A DNA stretch of 62,838 nucleotides, filler included, from Perkinsus olseni (Eukaryota): the NCBI GenBank assembly GCA_013115125.1. It is 26 parts of 26 records of this genome, joined end to end, with 100 filler letters (N's around TTAATTAATTAA, not from the genome) between each part and the next. Parts side by side here need not be neighbours in the genome. Positions count along the whole stretch, not along the records: positions 12,431 to 14,783 come from JABANN010001588.1; positions 14,884 to 17,233 come from JABANN010001589.1; positions 17,334 to 19,682 come from JABANN010001590.1; positions 19,783 to 22,130 come from JABANN010001591.1; positions 22,231 to 24,577 come from JABANN010001592.1; positions 24,678 to 27,018 come from JABANN010001593.1; 20 more parts are not named here. One strand, given 5' to 3'. Shown piece by piece: positions 12,431-25,047 of the stretch (the first letter of the stretch is position 1; the number at the start of each line of letters is the position of its first letter). Both the position numbers and the translations under genes were made by a program. The notes under the pieces are model-generated. The model was not told where the DNA came from, did no database searches, and saw only the letters and a list, made by a program, of their open reading frames with translations.

Positions 12431-14783
12431 GCCTCATCTTGAGCCCTTGTTTCCGCAGATTCCCTAGGAGGGCAACATAATATTGCGGCCCAGGCCGCAC
12501 CACTGGCATCAGTATAACAGTAGAGCTCCTCAAAGGCGACAGCGCGGGGAATCCGCAAATTTGCCGATTTCAGGTTGGCCACCCACTCAAGAAGTCTTTC
12601 CTCGTCTTCTCCTCGTAGTGGATCATCCCATGAGATACCGCTTTGATTGGCGAGTCTCATGTTGAGCCTAGCCTTGATCGATACGGACAGGTACAAGCCC
12701 ATCGGATCATACCACGAGGAGTATATGGCCAGTAACTTGCGCCTCGTCAAGGGAACACCCTGGCCGATATCTGACAGGGCCGTCTCCAACGCCGCTGGCA
12801 GAGTGATCATAATAATATCAGGTGAATCACCTTGTGGGATAAACCAACCGTACCCAAGGTGGCCGAAGTACCCCTCGCTGTCTACGGTGCTGACCCTCTT
12901 TTTGTCTTGGGTGTGGAAGTCCTTGGCCTTTAGGTTGTTCACCAGAGTCTGCTCGTCCTTCACCAAGTCTTCTCGAGAGTCACTCACCAGTTTGAGATCA
13001 TCCACATACCAGCAGAGGAAGGACTTGGTATCACTTCTTGTATCATCCATGATGGGCTTGATGGACTGGAAGAGGCATGCCGGTGAAAAGCCCCAGCCGA
13101 AGGCCAGGACCGTCCACTGCCAAAATTCATCAAATATGTAGATGCTTGCATAGGGCAAGCACGTCGTGCCCAGCTTGATGCCATGGAATGCAGACGATAA
13201 ATCTAGGGAGATGGCGTGACAGCCACATCTCCATATCAGAAGGTTGGCCAGGATACCCGAGTCGCCGTCAGTCGAGCCTTTCCGAACCCACTGATTGATT
13301 CTACGGCCATCCACCGTAAGTCGGACCTTCTTTGCTGACCAACCATCGGTAGTAGGGCCAACATCCTTTATCACCGGCCTCAATGGTATGAAGTGGGAGC
13401 AGTCAGCCTTCTTGACCTTAACGACTCGACCAGAATCAACCAGAGTTTGGAACTCCTTCTGAAGGGCTATCTTCTCATCTGGAGAGAGGCCATTAAACAT
13501 AGACCTATTTCTCCCAATCGCCTCCTTCAAATTCGGAGCCGGCCTTGTCGAGTCAGTCCAAGGAAAATCCTTGAGTTCATACCAAGACGTTCCATCAGTG
13601 CCAGTGCAAACTTCGAGGGCTAGGGGGTCAGTCCACTTGCCGGTATGTAGAGTCCCTCCGATATCGTCAGTCACCACCTCAGGTTCAAGTGTCATGCCGC
13701 ACGATAGCAGAGCATCTTTGCCAGTGTACTCATAAGTACAATCACCCCCGTCAGGGTGCTCACTCGATTTGAGTGCATCAGTATCAAAAAAAACCGCCGG
13801 TTCGACAGTATCCTTGTTGAAGTGAAGTCGAACCCCCAGTTGGAATAGACCAGGCGTGCCGACCACGAGGTCAAAGGCCAACGTGGGAACCACCCAGCAC
13901 CAGATGCTCACTCTCGAGTGCGTAGTTTCAATAGATATTGTAGAGCCACCCAATGGCTTCACGTTCTGTAGCCCATCAGCCAGACCAATGCTGGGCTGAT
14001 TATCACAGTTCTCGATTGGAGCTGAAAGTTTACCGGCAAACTCACGGCTCACAAGATTGACAGTAGAACCAGTGTCCAATAGCGCAATCACGTCCAAGGA
14101 CTCGGTCAATGAAGTTGAACCACAACGGAGTTCTGTGGTCACAGCCGATTGCCTCCTAGGTTGGGAATCTGGAGGTAGGTAGCCATCATGGCGGAGAGTC
14201 AAACATCCATCACCATCCTCAACGCTGTCCGCATCCACAATAACAGCTGCTGAGGTCTCCTCAGTAATGTGCTTGAACATGCAGTTCTCCCTGCCGCACT
14301 TCCCTGTGCGGTCGAATTCAAAACAGCGACCGGTCTTGGTCTTATCCTTCACCTGACCAGCAGGGTCCTTCCCAGCGTCTTTGTTCTCGGTGTTCTCGGT
14401 GTCATGCCGGAAACGACAGTTGTCGCCGCGGCGGCAGAACCCTGACCGCTTGAACCCGAAACAGATATCGTCGTCCTGAGCCTTCTTGCCAGTCCTTTTC
14501 TGACCGTCAGAAATACGGGTCCAATAGTATTCAGCCATGTCCACCAGCTCGTCGTAGTCAACCATTCGAGGACCCAGATGTTGAGCCACATCATCCCGGA
14601 CGTTAGGAAGCAACCCTCTTCTGAAGCGGGACCTTATCTCTCGAGGAGTGACCTCACAGCCTAGAGCGGCGCTGAGAATTGAAGCTTCCAACTTCAACCT
14701 TGCCGAATAGTCGAGTGGTGACTCCTCTCGTTTCTGAGATAGCTCGGATGATTCCCAGCGGAAGTCCAAATTTTCATCTCGCC
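12431..14783 (-). mobile_element. LTR retrotransposon gag-pol fragment, Bel/Pao-like (gag with CCCH fingers, protease, RT, start of RNase H)
   Basis: Open ORF across the contig: LLDTGS protease, SLDLSSAF..FG..SP..YVDD RT, Pao-type TRRKLL..YDPMG..WDDPL..W..IPR..YTDAS. Confidence 0.88.
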
Positions 14784-14883
14784 NNNNNNNNNNNNNNNNN
14801 NNNNNNNNNNNNNNNNNNNNNNNNNNNTTAATTAATTAANNNNNNNNNNNNNNNNNNNNNNNNNNNNNNNNNNNNNNNNNNNN

Positions 14884-16718
14884 CGGGCAAGCGGCAACGG
14901 CTGAAGACGACCTCTTCGATGCCCTTGGTAACCCCATAGGGTCCGAGGACGCCACTGGTGCGATCTCCGGGTTCAACCTCGAGGACGCAGGGGCAGTAGA
15001 CGAGCCAGCCGAGCACTACGACACGCGTGTTGAGGACATGATAGGCTTCCTCGCGGGGTCAGCCTTGCACCACGCTTTCGATGCTAGCCAGAGAGGCCTT
15101 CTCAGATATTCCTCTGACCTAGTGGAAAGCTTCCTTACGCCAGTCTTCATCTTCCTGTGCTACTCCCTGTACGATGAGAGTCAGATACTGGGCCAGTAAG
15201 TCTAGCTTTGTTTCTTGGGTTGCCGGTCTCTTTTTTCAGTTACAATATTACCTCCGATCAAACATCTTACTATCTAGCTTTCACAACCCTTCTGGCCATC
15301 ACACGCTTTCTCTCGGATATTCTTTGTCTCAACTCTCTAGAGCTCTACCAAGGCTGGAAGTTGCTGGACTACTTCAAGTCGGTTCAAGTTTTATGCTACT
15401 TCCCCAGCTGCAACCTCTCAGCTCTTGTCTCAGATATTGCCATTATCGCTTTTCTTCGAGACCACATCGTTGGAAGGGACAAGGCGAACCCTTTGACGAC
15501 ACGGTGGCGCCCCACCTTCGAAGCCTCGATCTCATGTGCTTCTCCGAGCAATATTACTTCTGCTGCTTCCTCAACGGACTCGGTAGGGTGGCTCAACAGT
15601 CGTGTGTGGATTGAAGCGCTCGAGTTTATGCAGGTATGATCGTGTGGATGGTCGGCCTTCAAGTCATTCTGACCAACCGCTGGAACATCTTCGACGACCC
15701 AGCCTCGTCTATGGTCTTCGTTCTCAGCATCGCCGTGTGTCGGCTGGGCCAGGCTGCTACCATCACTACGGCGAACTACCTTCAACTCTGGCAGGTTAGC
15801 GCCCCTCCCTTATCGGGTCGCTTGAGGTCTACTGTGAGGACCCTCAGGTGAAAGAAGCTCCGATAAAGCACCCAACGGCAACAGTGGCGGCCTTGACGGC
15901 TGTTACCATGCGCAATCGAAATGAGGAGGACGGCCGAGCGTTGGTGGACACCCGTGTGAAGATCCCAGCGCCGCCCGGGTCGGCCCTCGCGTCTTGGGTG
16001 GGTCTGCTCATAGAGGGGCTGTCTCTTTCCGGGCATCCCTCTCAGCCGGAACCGAGCACAGCTGAGACGCACAACCTGGAGCGATACCGTGAGGCGTTTG
16101 TGAAGGAGAACAAGCTCTGGCTGCAGCACACTTTCGATGAGATACTGCGAGATCAGGTGGCGGCCACTGCATCAATGGCGGCGAGGTGTTTTGGCGATTC
16201 TTTCCCGCAGGCCCTGGTAAAATACCGAGGAGCTTTGTTAAAGTCGATCGCCGAGGTTATCGGGGAAGTCGATCCTGATAAATACAACCCCTTCAGTGAA
16301 TCAAAAGCACCAAGAGGACAGAGGCCACACCCATCGAAGATGCTCTCGGCCGGGAAAGCTAATGGAAGCTTGCCGGCCAGCGCGTCTGGAGTGAGCGGGA
16401 TGCGCCCTACGACCGCCGCCTTGGATTCAATCGAGCTTGCTTCAGCTTCCAACTCGGCAAGCAGCATCGCAACCTCCCGGGTTCGCGTCCAGCGGTAACG
16501 TCCAGACTGCCCTCGCTGACGACCTCCATGGTTTCCAGCTCGACGCCTCCCCTCCCCACGCTCTGGTATGGCTCGCTCGTCCATGGGCACCTGTTGTTCA
16601 CTTGTGTGGGAATATCTCCCAGGCAATCAGCAAGGCTGCTCGACGGCGGTTCGACCATGACTCGACGGCGGCGGCAGAGCTGAGCCTCCTCTGGGTCAGA
16701 CGGGCCAGGTCCACCTAA
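14884..16718 (+). CDS. Spliced polytopic membrane protein of unknown function (internal fragment)
   Basis: Short GT-AG introns near 15196, 15378, 15584 and 15795 join hydrophobic exons (..LELYQGWKLLDYFK/YCHYRF..RWKG..LDLMCFSEQYYF..). Confidence 0.6.
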
Positions 16719-17907
16719 CTACATCGCCTCCACACCCAGCGTCCGTCGTTGTGAAGGTTCCTTCTCTACTTGCGTCGGAGCGCCTCCAAGCTGAGGCCTC
16801 AGCAACACAGACTGAAAGACCACTGCGAGGTCTGTGGGGAGGACCGCCATAACGGAAGGGGACTCTGCGTGGCTCCCATTTACACTCTAGAGGAGATTGC
16901 CAGCGAGTAAGCTTGCGGCTGAGCACGGGCACGGGTTACTGAGGCGATCTGAAGGTATCGGAGACAGCGAGAGCTTTCTCCGTTCTGGAACGCCCCACTC
17001 TGGGAGACATTCTACGCTCGCTACACTCCAACTTGTACTCTTTGCACGCTTTGTCATGTGAGACTGGAACCAGCACGTCCGATCTTTCGAGAGTTGTCGG
17101 TATCGCAGGGTTACTACTGGAAGAGGAACGCCAACGTACCGATCGACAACCGTCGGGTGATGAGAGATGCCCAGAGTGTGAAGAAGAGCGCCCTCGAGGT
17201 CTTGGTGGAAAGCCCGTACTCCCAGCTTGCTGCNNNNNNNNNNNNNNNNNNNNNNNNNNNNNNNNNNNNNNNNNNNNTTAATTAATTAANNNNNNNNNNN
17301 NNNNNNNNNNNNNNNNNNNNNNNNNNNNNNNNNTAGCAGAGAGAACCCTACAATGACAAGGAAGGACGCTACTTTTCAACGTTGACGCGCGCATTAACTG
17401 CGCCTCGAAATTGGTCCCGGGTTCGAACCTACGCAGGGGCACCCAATATTTTATTCCCTGTGGAGCTGTTCGCTACCTCGTAGCGCGTTGCTGCGGCGTT
17501 GCCGACGACCAGGCCTGCCCATTCGAGAACGCCGCCCTTGCGACCTCACTAAGCTGGCTAATTGCCACCTGTAAGATCACCATATACCGATGAGCTTACT
17601 CGTGCGGGTAGACTGTCAACCTTCATTTCTAAAACGACCCTGAACCGACTGTACCGGCCGATGTATACCGATACGATGTATGAAGCTACGGCGGCGTGTT
17701 GTTACCGTGTCTGTGTTGTTACCATCAGTCCATTTCTTGTGCGATGCACGATGTCCGCACGCATACACATAGCTTTCCCTCTACAGAGGGTGTAGACCTC
17801 GAAATTAGCCCTATCAGTATCGTACCCGCTCATATCGATACCTATCTTATGTCTATCTCACCCCGGTCCTTGAGTTCATACGGCTCTGCCGAGTCCGAAG
17901 AGAGGGT

Positions 17908-18218
17908 TGTCACAGGAACACCGACCCTTTGTGTTTACAGACGGGTAATTCCCAAAATCCACGGGAGAGGCACAAAATCCAAGGAAGCGTTTTCGGGGTT
18001 CTGGTTTACCTGGGCAACAGATCGGGTTACTGGTTGACCTGGGTAACAGTTCCGGGATCGGGTTGCCCTGTCAGGTTTCGGGAGGGGTTTCTGGTTACCC
18101 GTTCTTGCCTTCGCCCACAATTCTGCCTTTTTTCTGTCGCCTTTGCCCGCCTGTCGCACGCGCTTCCTTGGATTTTGTACTTCTCCCTTTAATTTTGTAC
18201 TTCACCCTTCCACAGACA
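17908..18218 (+). mobile_element. Putative LTR (TGTC...GACA) after a purine tract; related copy at about 24835-25002
   Basis: GAAGAGAGGG at 17897-17906 precedes TGTCAC. 18030-18208 aligns colinearly with 24835-25002 in another contig. Confidence 0.5.
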
Positions 18219-19128
18219 TACGATGTGTTCTGTTCGCAGTGCGACACACGATTCTTCGCCCAGCTCGTCCGTGAACAGCGCTATTGAAGGCGAAATAACC
18301 AATCAAGACTTGGGACAGCGGTAGTTCCATGAGATGGAAATGGACGTGCGCCTACTTTGGCCGTTGAACATTCCTCTAAGTGGCTGCACGGCCACGCGAG
18401 GATTAAGCATACACTGACGACGCAGTTAATACTCTGCCACTCCACTCTAGACCAGCATGTCCGAAAAGCAGCGTCTTGGCTCACTCCACAGCCATATCCT
18501 TGGGGAGGTTTATCAGCTACGAGTCCCAGATGAGAGCTTACGTCAACGGATACATCGATCCGCCGAGGAGTAACTGAGGGGGGGGGGGCGTCGAAAATAG
18601 CGTAGGGGAGCAGGCATCGCATGATGCTTCCCAAACTTGAAAGCGGCCCGGGCCCCGAAAACATGAGTCCCACGATAGGCGGAACCTTGTCCGCTATACA
18701 TACGGTAGACAAATAGAAAGGAGTCGCCTCGCTACGGTGATACGAGCCTTTTCATAGCGGCTCCGTAATCTTCTTTGTCTGCGTTGCTGGTCCGTGTCAC
18801 CGATCCTCTGTCCCCATTTACTCTTCATTTATGCACTCACGAACTCATCACGCATTGTAAGCTACAATGCATATCACAGGTCTTGTCTCATAGATTCTGG
18901 AACAGTTATCGGGTTGCGCGATTACTACAGTATCAAGATAGCATCTTCCCGGCGTCACGGCTGACCGTCACGTCTGAGCGTCACGGTGGAGCGGTAACTC
19001 AACCACGGCTCAACAGCGGTGCGGCACCGCTAATGGGCACCGCCGGTGCCTACGTGGCCCACTGCTGTCACAGCAATCCAGCTCGTCGTAGTTCCACCGT
19101 TTTCCGTCCTACGATGTAGGACGATGTT

Positions 19129-19341
19129 CCCGTACGATGTTTCATCATCGTTCTAACGACCATCGTTATGTGGTTTGGCACCGTCCGCGGGGACCTAGAC
19201 GCCGACGCCTTCTGTCAGTCCGTGTCTCGGCAGCACTGCCTCGGCGAGAAGGCTTACTGTAACTGCATTGGTCAAATATGCGCTTCTGCCAATCCACTTA
19301 AGGACTGCCTAGAGAAGTACGTTCGTAAGTGCAAACGCTGA
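19129..19341 (+). pseudogene. Small secreted Cys-rich peptide gene with a damaged start
   Basis: Frame reads PVRCFIIVLTTIVMWFGTVRG-DLDADAFCQSVSRQHCLGEKAYCNCIGQICASANPLKDCLEKYVRKCKR*. The in-frame ATG at 19114 is followed immediately by TAG. Confidence 0.45.
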
Positions 19342-19613
19342 GGGCGCTACACATAGGCTGGGTCAGAAAAGTCGTGTGCGCCGCACACTGTGCGGCATCA
19401 AAGATATACCAAGTCCGTCCCTGTACCATAGAGTTTTTTATTGCCTTCCTGGCGGACTAGACGTTTCCAGGCCTCTGTTCCAGATTTCTTTGGCGTGCTC
19501 TAGTCTACCCGTCCCATTCGTCGTAGGGAGCATTCACAGGCTGCAGCATCTCGTTGGTCAAATAAATGGAACACCACAGGTTCGAACTCCTATCAGAGCC
19601 AAAACTCCATGTA

Positions 19614-19682
19614 CAGGGTGTTCCAATTCGATATGCAAATCACAAAAATCAGTCTAATTCAGCACATACTACGTGTTTGAGG
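19614..19682 (+). mobile_element. Tc1/mariner (Tc3-like) terminal inverted repeat at contig end
   Basis: TA|CAGGGTGTTCCAATTCGATATGC..., identical to 54399-54467 and to the reverse complement of 44004-44071. Confidence 0.9.
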
Positions 19683-19866
19683 NNNNNNNNNNNNNNNNNN
19701 NNNNNNNNNNNNNNNNNNNNNNNNNNTTAATTAATTAANNNNNNNNNNNNNNNNNNNNNNNNNNNNNNNNNNNNNNNNNNNNTTTTACTAATTTGCTCTG
19801 GGCTTTATTAAATTGCTCTGGGGTTTTACTAAGTAGGTCTGGAAATGGTGTAGTGATCGTCTCTGG

Positions 19867-22130
19867 ATGGAAGTACTGCAGCAATACCATCAAGGGCCGC
19901 TACCACGCTCGTATGATGGTACGGCGGCCTGCTGGAAGCTTCTCTTGTACCCGTCCGGGGCCCTCCCAGGTATGCCACCCCAGTTGGCGTTGTTCTTGCA
20001 CCTATTCACTAACGGCGATGAGCCTCCACCCATCCGAATGTTTATCATCACGCTACGAGGAAATACCAGCCTGCTTGATCTTTACCTTGGGGCTAGACCA
20101 GAGACCCGGTCAGACAAGTTGGCCTGCTCAGCGTGCCTTGTCCTGGCGGAGAGGGTCCGAATGCGGGGTAGGGAAACTCAGACTCTTCTCCGATACACCC
20201 TCGACAGATACAGTCGACTTCCTAAGGTGCCAAACAGGGGCCAGTCGAGATCTTGGTGACCGTCTTCGCACTGAAGCTGAGCAGTTTTGGAAAGTGGACC
20301 GAGGGTACAACTTGCGCTACCCACCTACGACAGCCATGGTGTGGCATCCGATGGAACAACGAGAAACCATAGTGGGAGAAATCAGGGGGATAGAGGAGCT
20401 TGGCTTCTTGTGTTGTTCGAAATGCCGAACCTTCGCCTCATTAATGTTATGCTTTGGGTCCTCGCAGGCTACCTCGAGAAGAGCTCGAGGAAGCTCGACA
20501 AGACTGGAGAGTTCTCCAACGCCGTCAAAAGGCTGCACGGGACAAGGCTAAACGGCGGGCTCGTGACGAAAAGTGGGGTATCACAGAGGCCAGTTGGGGG
20601 TCCTCGGGGGCAGGCAGTTGGGAGGAGTCTGCGGACTACTGCAAGATTTGAAGTCACGTTCGTACTCTCTGAGTACTGATGATCGGAATGCAGGCCGGCT
20701 CATTGTGAGGTCTCAACGGGCTTGGAAGGCGATGAAGACCCGAGCTGTCCTAGCAGAGAAAGAGACAGAGACGTTGAAGCTAGTGCGTCTACTCCTACTC
20801 TACGCCTACTTGGACTCCGTGTCCTCCCGGGGGAAGTGACACAGGGGCATGCTAAGCATTACTATAACAATCTACTGTCAGTTATGTGTTATGTTGGGCG
20901 TCTCGATTCTCAGTCGGGAGTTGGTGTTATGTTAGTGAGTGGGCCGAGGCTGGGGCGGGAGATCTTCCTTCAGTACTACTGGGATGTCCCTCCCGCTTGA
21001 CCTAGCATGCATCCTTATCGACTACTTAGACCTGGAGAGTGCAGTCTGGTATCTCGACGCGCAACACTTCGAGCGTGCTGGGCTGGATGCTCTCTGGAGG
21101 ACACTTCTCATTCGAGATTTTGGTCATGGCCACTGTGATGGTCATACCCTTCTGACACATGATGTTCGGCGGAACTCCTGCAACCTGCCAGCCCTGCCTA
21201 TCATACCACCCTACGACCTCTATCGGCTTCTGTACTATCGACAGCATCGTGCCGGAGGCCTCCACGTCGGGCCGGCTCGAACTCTGTTGCAGATGGCATT
21301 GAAGGGGTGTGGAGTGATAGAAGTTGGAGCAGCACTGGATTACTTCCAGGACTTGGCAGACAATACTACTGCCTGCTCAGCTGCGCTCTACCTTTGTGCC
21401 AAGACTGACGACAAGAATGGTAGTAGTCCTGGCTACTGGACGTCTTGTGTGGTGATGATCTATTATGGTCCTCTCAGACATGCTCGAATTGCTCCTCAAC
21501 CGCACCAAGGCCGATTCTGACTCGGTCGGGGCTCTTCACGAGGCAGCTCGACGATTCTGCCATAAGAATGTGAAGAGTATGTTGGAGCATGGAGGGGACT
21601 TCCGAGGGGGGGTGCCACATGGCGAGGAGAAGTCGGCACTCTGGAATGCCGTAAGTGCCGTTACTGCCTCCCAGCCACCTTCATGATGTCCAGATTATTA
21701 ACTCTCACATATCGAAGCCTCGTAGACTAGTCCAAGACGATGCAGCGGAACTGACGTGTGAGATACTAGCTAAGGCTGCTGATGACGGGGACATCATCGA
21801 GGAATTGGAGTTGGCTGTGAAACACAGGGACAAATTGTGTGCTAGAGGTCATACTGTCATACCAGCCTGTATGGTATCAGTTGTGCTCTTGCTATTCAGG
21901 GATACTCAAAGCAGGCAGGTGTCCCTCATGGTATCGACCATTGTCCGGAAAGGATAGGCAGTGGTTCCAAGATCTTCGCTCATCCCTTCGTGAGTGCGTA
22001 TGACACCAAGCGGATGGGTTGGCGAATTTCGTGGCGCAGCGGTCATTGCTGTGGAGTCGATTCCGCTAGTTTTGGAGGGCACTTGGTGGTAACGTGCCAT
22101 AAGGAGGAGGACGTCTGGGAGCAACTCGGG
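19867..22130 (+). pseudogene. Fragmented or spliced hypothetical gene(s) with a MATH/TRAF-like segment and an F-box-like segment
   Basis: WKLLLYPSG..LALFLHL (MATH-like) at 19867-20259; LPLDLACILIDYLD..DALWRTL..RDFG (F-box-like) at 20939-21520; frame changes between pieces. Confidence 0.35.
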
Positions 22131-22230
22131 NNNNNNNNNNNNNNNNNNNNNNNNNNNNNNNNNNNNNNNNNNNNTTAATTAATTAANNNNNNNNNNNNNN
22201 NNNNNNNNNNNNNNNNNNNNNNNNNNNNNN

Positions 22231-22314
22231 AGTGTTTCCAGTTGTTAATCTGGAAGACCGTGGAATATATTAACCGAAAGGGTTCACAGAAGGCGATCAA
22301 CAATTGGTAGCAGC
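22231..22314 (+). mobile_element. 3' end of a 5' LTR (ends ..CAACA at 22302) plus primer-binding site TGGTAGCAGC (22305-22314)
   Basis: 22231-22302 is the exact reverse complement of 34242-34313, where a different flank follows the CA. A TGG-initiated PBS starts after a 2-nt spacer. Confidence 0.85.
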
Positions 22315-22450
22315 TCCTTGTTCGAACTCATTAACTTCGAGGCCGGTTATGGTGTGGACTAATTTCTTACTTAACCAGCTCGATAGAACTAGTTTGGAAG
22401 GTATTGTACTTGGCCGTGGTTTGAAAGGGTGTCCTTCTAAGAAGGATGAG

Positions 22451-24577
22451 ATGGCATCCTTCATCCTACTGGATGGTGTGGAGATCCGTGGTGAGCACGA
22501 GTTCGAAGCATTCAAGTTGGCGTATCGTAAAGGATATCGTACTGACCCTCCAGATGAAGTTCTTATTCGGTCGCGTGATACTGTGGATGATATTCCGGTC
22601 CAGACGGTGAGCTCTAGCTCCAAGAATATTAAGAAGAGTGGTGAACCAGAAGACCCTGAAGAAGAAGTGGTCGCCGACTCTGTCGTACAAGATGGTTCCC
22701 TAATGAAGGAACGTGACTCTAAAGATGCAGACCCTAAGAAGGCTGCTGATAATATGGGCTCTGATAATGGTATGCAGAACCAGATTGATGTGATCAAGGC
22801 CAATATGATGGCTATGGTCTCGAGCAACGAAGACCTCAAGAATATGATGATGACTATGATGAAGTCTATGACTAGCTCTATGGACACTATGCGTGGGCAA
22901 GTGGACACGATTGAGCAGAAGATGGCTTCTACGTCTATGGGTAGCAATGGCTATCAAAATGATAAGAACGTCACAATGAGACGTAATTTGGAGACTCCTA
23001 TGCATGGGCAAGGGGATCTTGGTAATATGTACACTCCCATGGAGGAGCGACTACATGGTGTGGAAGGTATGACCTATCATGGTGCTACAGCTGAACCGCC
23101 TTCTTTCAGTGGGGGTCATATTGGTAATGATCAAGCTAGACAAGATGCGTGGTTACGGTTGGGAGCAAGTGTGGGGTATGACCATAAAAAGTTATCGGTA
23201 CAAACTCCTATGATACCTTCACCAGATCTATATAAGACTAATAGAGTGCCGGTTGGTGTGACTAAATCTCCAACGGTGGTTACAGTGGCTTCTTCCTTGA
23301 AAGATGTGGCTACCTTCAATGAGAAGAAAGCTAGAGTGCGTATTAACATGGGTTATCGTATGCCTAATTGTGGATATTTGGAATCCTTTTGGCTCTTGCC
23401 ACCCCAGTGGCAGAAAGAGAGGCCAAGAGAACTCCCTCTAGAAGGTGATGATTCTCAACTATCAAGTGGGTTATTATATTTCGTTAAGAGACGTGTCGAC
23501 CAAGCTTCGGCACAATTGGTGTCCCAAATTCATCCTCTAGCGGATGGACCATATGGTGGGTCTGGTGACAAACGTGGTTGGCATGCAGTTGAGCGAGAGA
23601 TTGTGGATAATCTCGATCGTTCGTGTTTGGACTTCCCGAAGGTTCATGTTGATTACTTATTAAACTGTGTGACCAAAGACTTGAGCCAGACTATTAAGCA
23701 GAAGTTGGGCCCTAATGGTTATCGTGATGCTGATCAAGTAGAGCTCCTAAGTACTGTGTGGAACATTATGGATGAGTTATTTCGGTCTGAATTTACCCCT
23801 CAAGCCGAAAGTGATAAGATGCAGAATATGTCTAAGGGTAGTCAAGAGACTTTGCCGGAGTTTATGAGAAAACTCCAAAGTGCCTTTTTTAATGTTGAGG
23901 TTGAGACGGGCCAGAAGATGGTGGATTCGACTAAGCTGACTCGGTTGCGTGGTGCCTTACCAGAAGTGGACGTGCAATTTCTACGGTCTAGATTTCCGAG
24001 AGATTTGACCTTCGACCAGTTGGTAACCAGAGTGGGTGAGTACTTCTCCAATGATTTGGACAAGAAGAGTTATGAGACTTTTGCAAGGTCTTATGCCCAG
24101 CTATGGCCAACTGACGTAAGTGGTGGTTATTCTCATGCTAATCTGAGTGTGGCTAATACCCAACCTAAGCGTGGGTGTTGGAGATGTAATGTTCCTGGCC
24201 ATACTGCTGCTAAATGTAGAGCCCCGTTAACTAAGGTTGTGAGTGGTCGATGCTATAAGTGTGGCTACTCTAATCATAGTTCTAATGACTGTAAGGCTGA
24301 CCCCAGGAAGCTTAATTGTGCCAGATGCCATAAAAGGGGACATGTGGCTAGTGTGTGTCGAACTGACTGGAATAAGATCAATGCTAAGACTGATGACAAG
24401 GCGGCTCTTCCTCAACCTCCCCCTCAACCAGTTGGTGAGTATGTCACTAAAATGCAGTATACTACTGAGCCTTCTGCTACTAACAGTGGGCAACAAGCGA
24501 ACGCTGTGAACGCTGAGTCCGTGGGTACGGAAGCCTCTACGAAGAGTGAAGCTACCGCAGCTACTGTGCAAACCCAT
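22451..24577 (+). CDS. gag: LTR-retrotransposon Gag with three CCHC zinc knuckles, 3'-truncated
   Basis: CWRCNVPGHTAAKC, CYKCGYSNHSSNDC, CARCHKRGHVASVC; capsid-like KGSQETLPEFMRKL; lies just downstream of the LTR end and PBS. Confidence 0.88.
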
Positions 24578-25025
24578 NNNNNNNNNNNNNNNNNNNNNNN
24601 NNNNNNNNNNNNNNNNNNNNNTTAATTAATTAANNNNNNNNNNNNNNNNNNNNNNNNNNNNNNNNNNNNNNNNNNNNCGGTTGTGACGGTCACAGACAAG
24701 TAAGGAGCGCTCGCCCACCTCGATCTCCCTCAGGGGGTGATCGACACAAATGAGAGTCTTTAGAAATACTGTAAAGAGGTATATTGTTTATCGTTTTTAT
24801 TGTATATTGTTGCCCACGGCAATGGTTCGAGTTTCTGGTTGCCCTGAGTAGCAGTTCCGGCATCGGGTTGCCCTGTCGGGTTTCGGGAGGGGTTTCGGGT
24901 TACCCGTTCCTGTCTTCACCCGCAGTTCAGGGTTTTTGCTGTTGCCTGTTTCTGTTCTTTCTTGGATTTTGTACCTTTCCCTTAGATTTTGTGCTCCACC
25001 CTAGTTGAATTAGAAGGGGTCATCA

Positions 25026-25047
25026 CCCTATTTAATAGGGCCTATTA
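25026..25047. repeat. 22-bp X7-rc(X8)-X7 scar
   Basis: CCCTATT-TAATAGGG-CCTATTA. Confidence 0.9.

Noticed and set aside
17410-17445. tRNA suggested by GGTCCCGGGTTCGAACC
   Set aside because: Only a B-box-like motif; no D arm, anticodon arm or acceptor stem can be folded.
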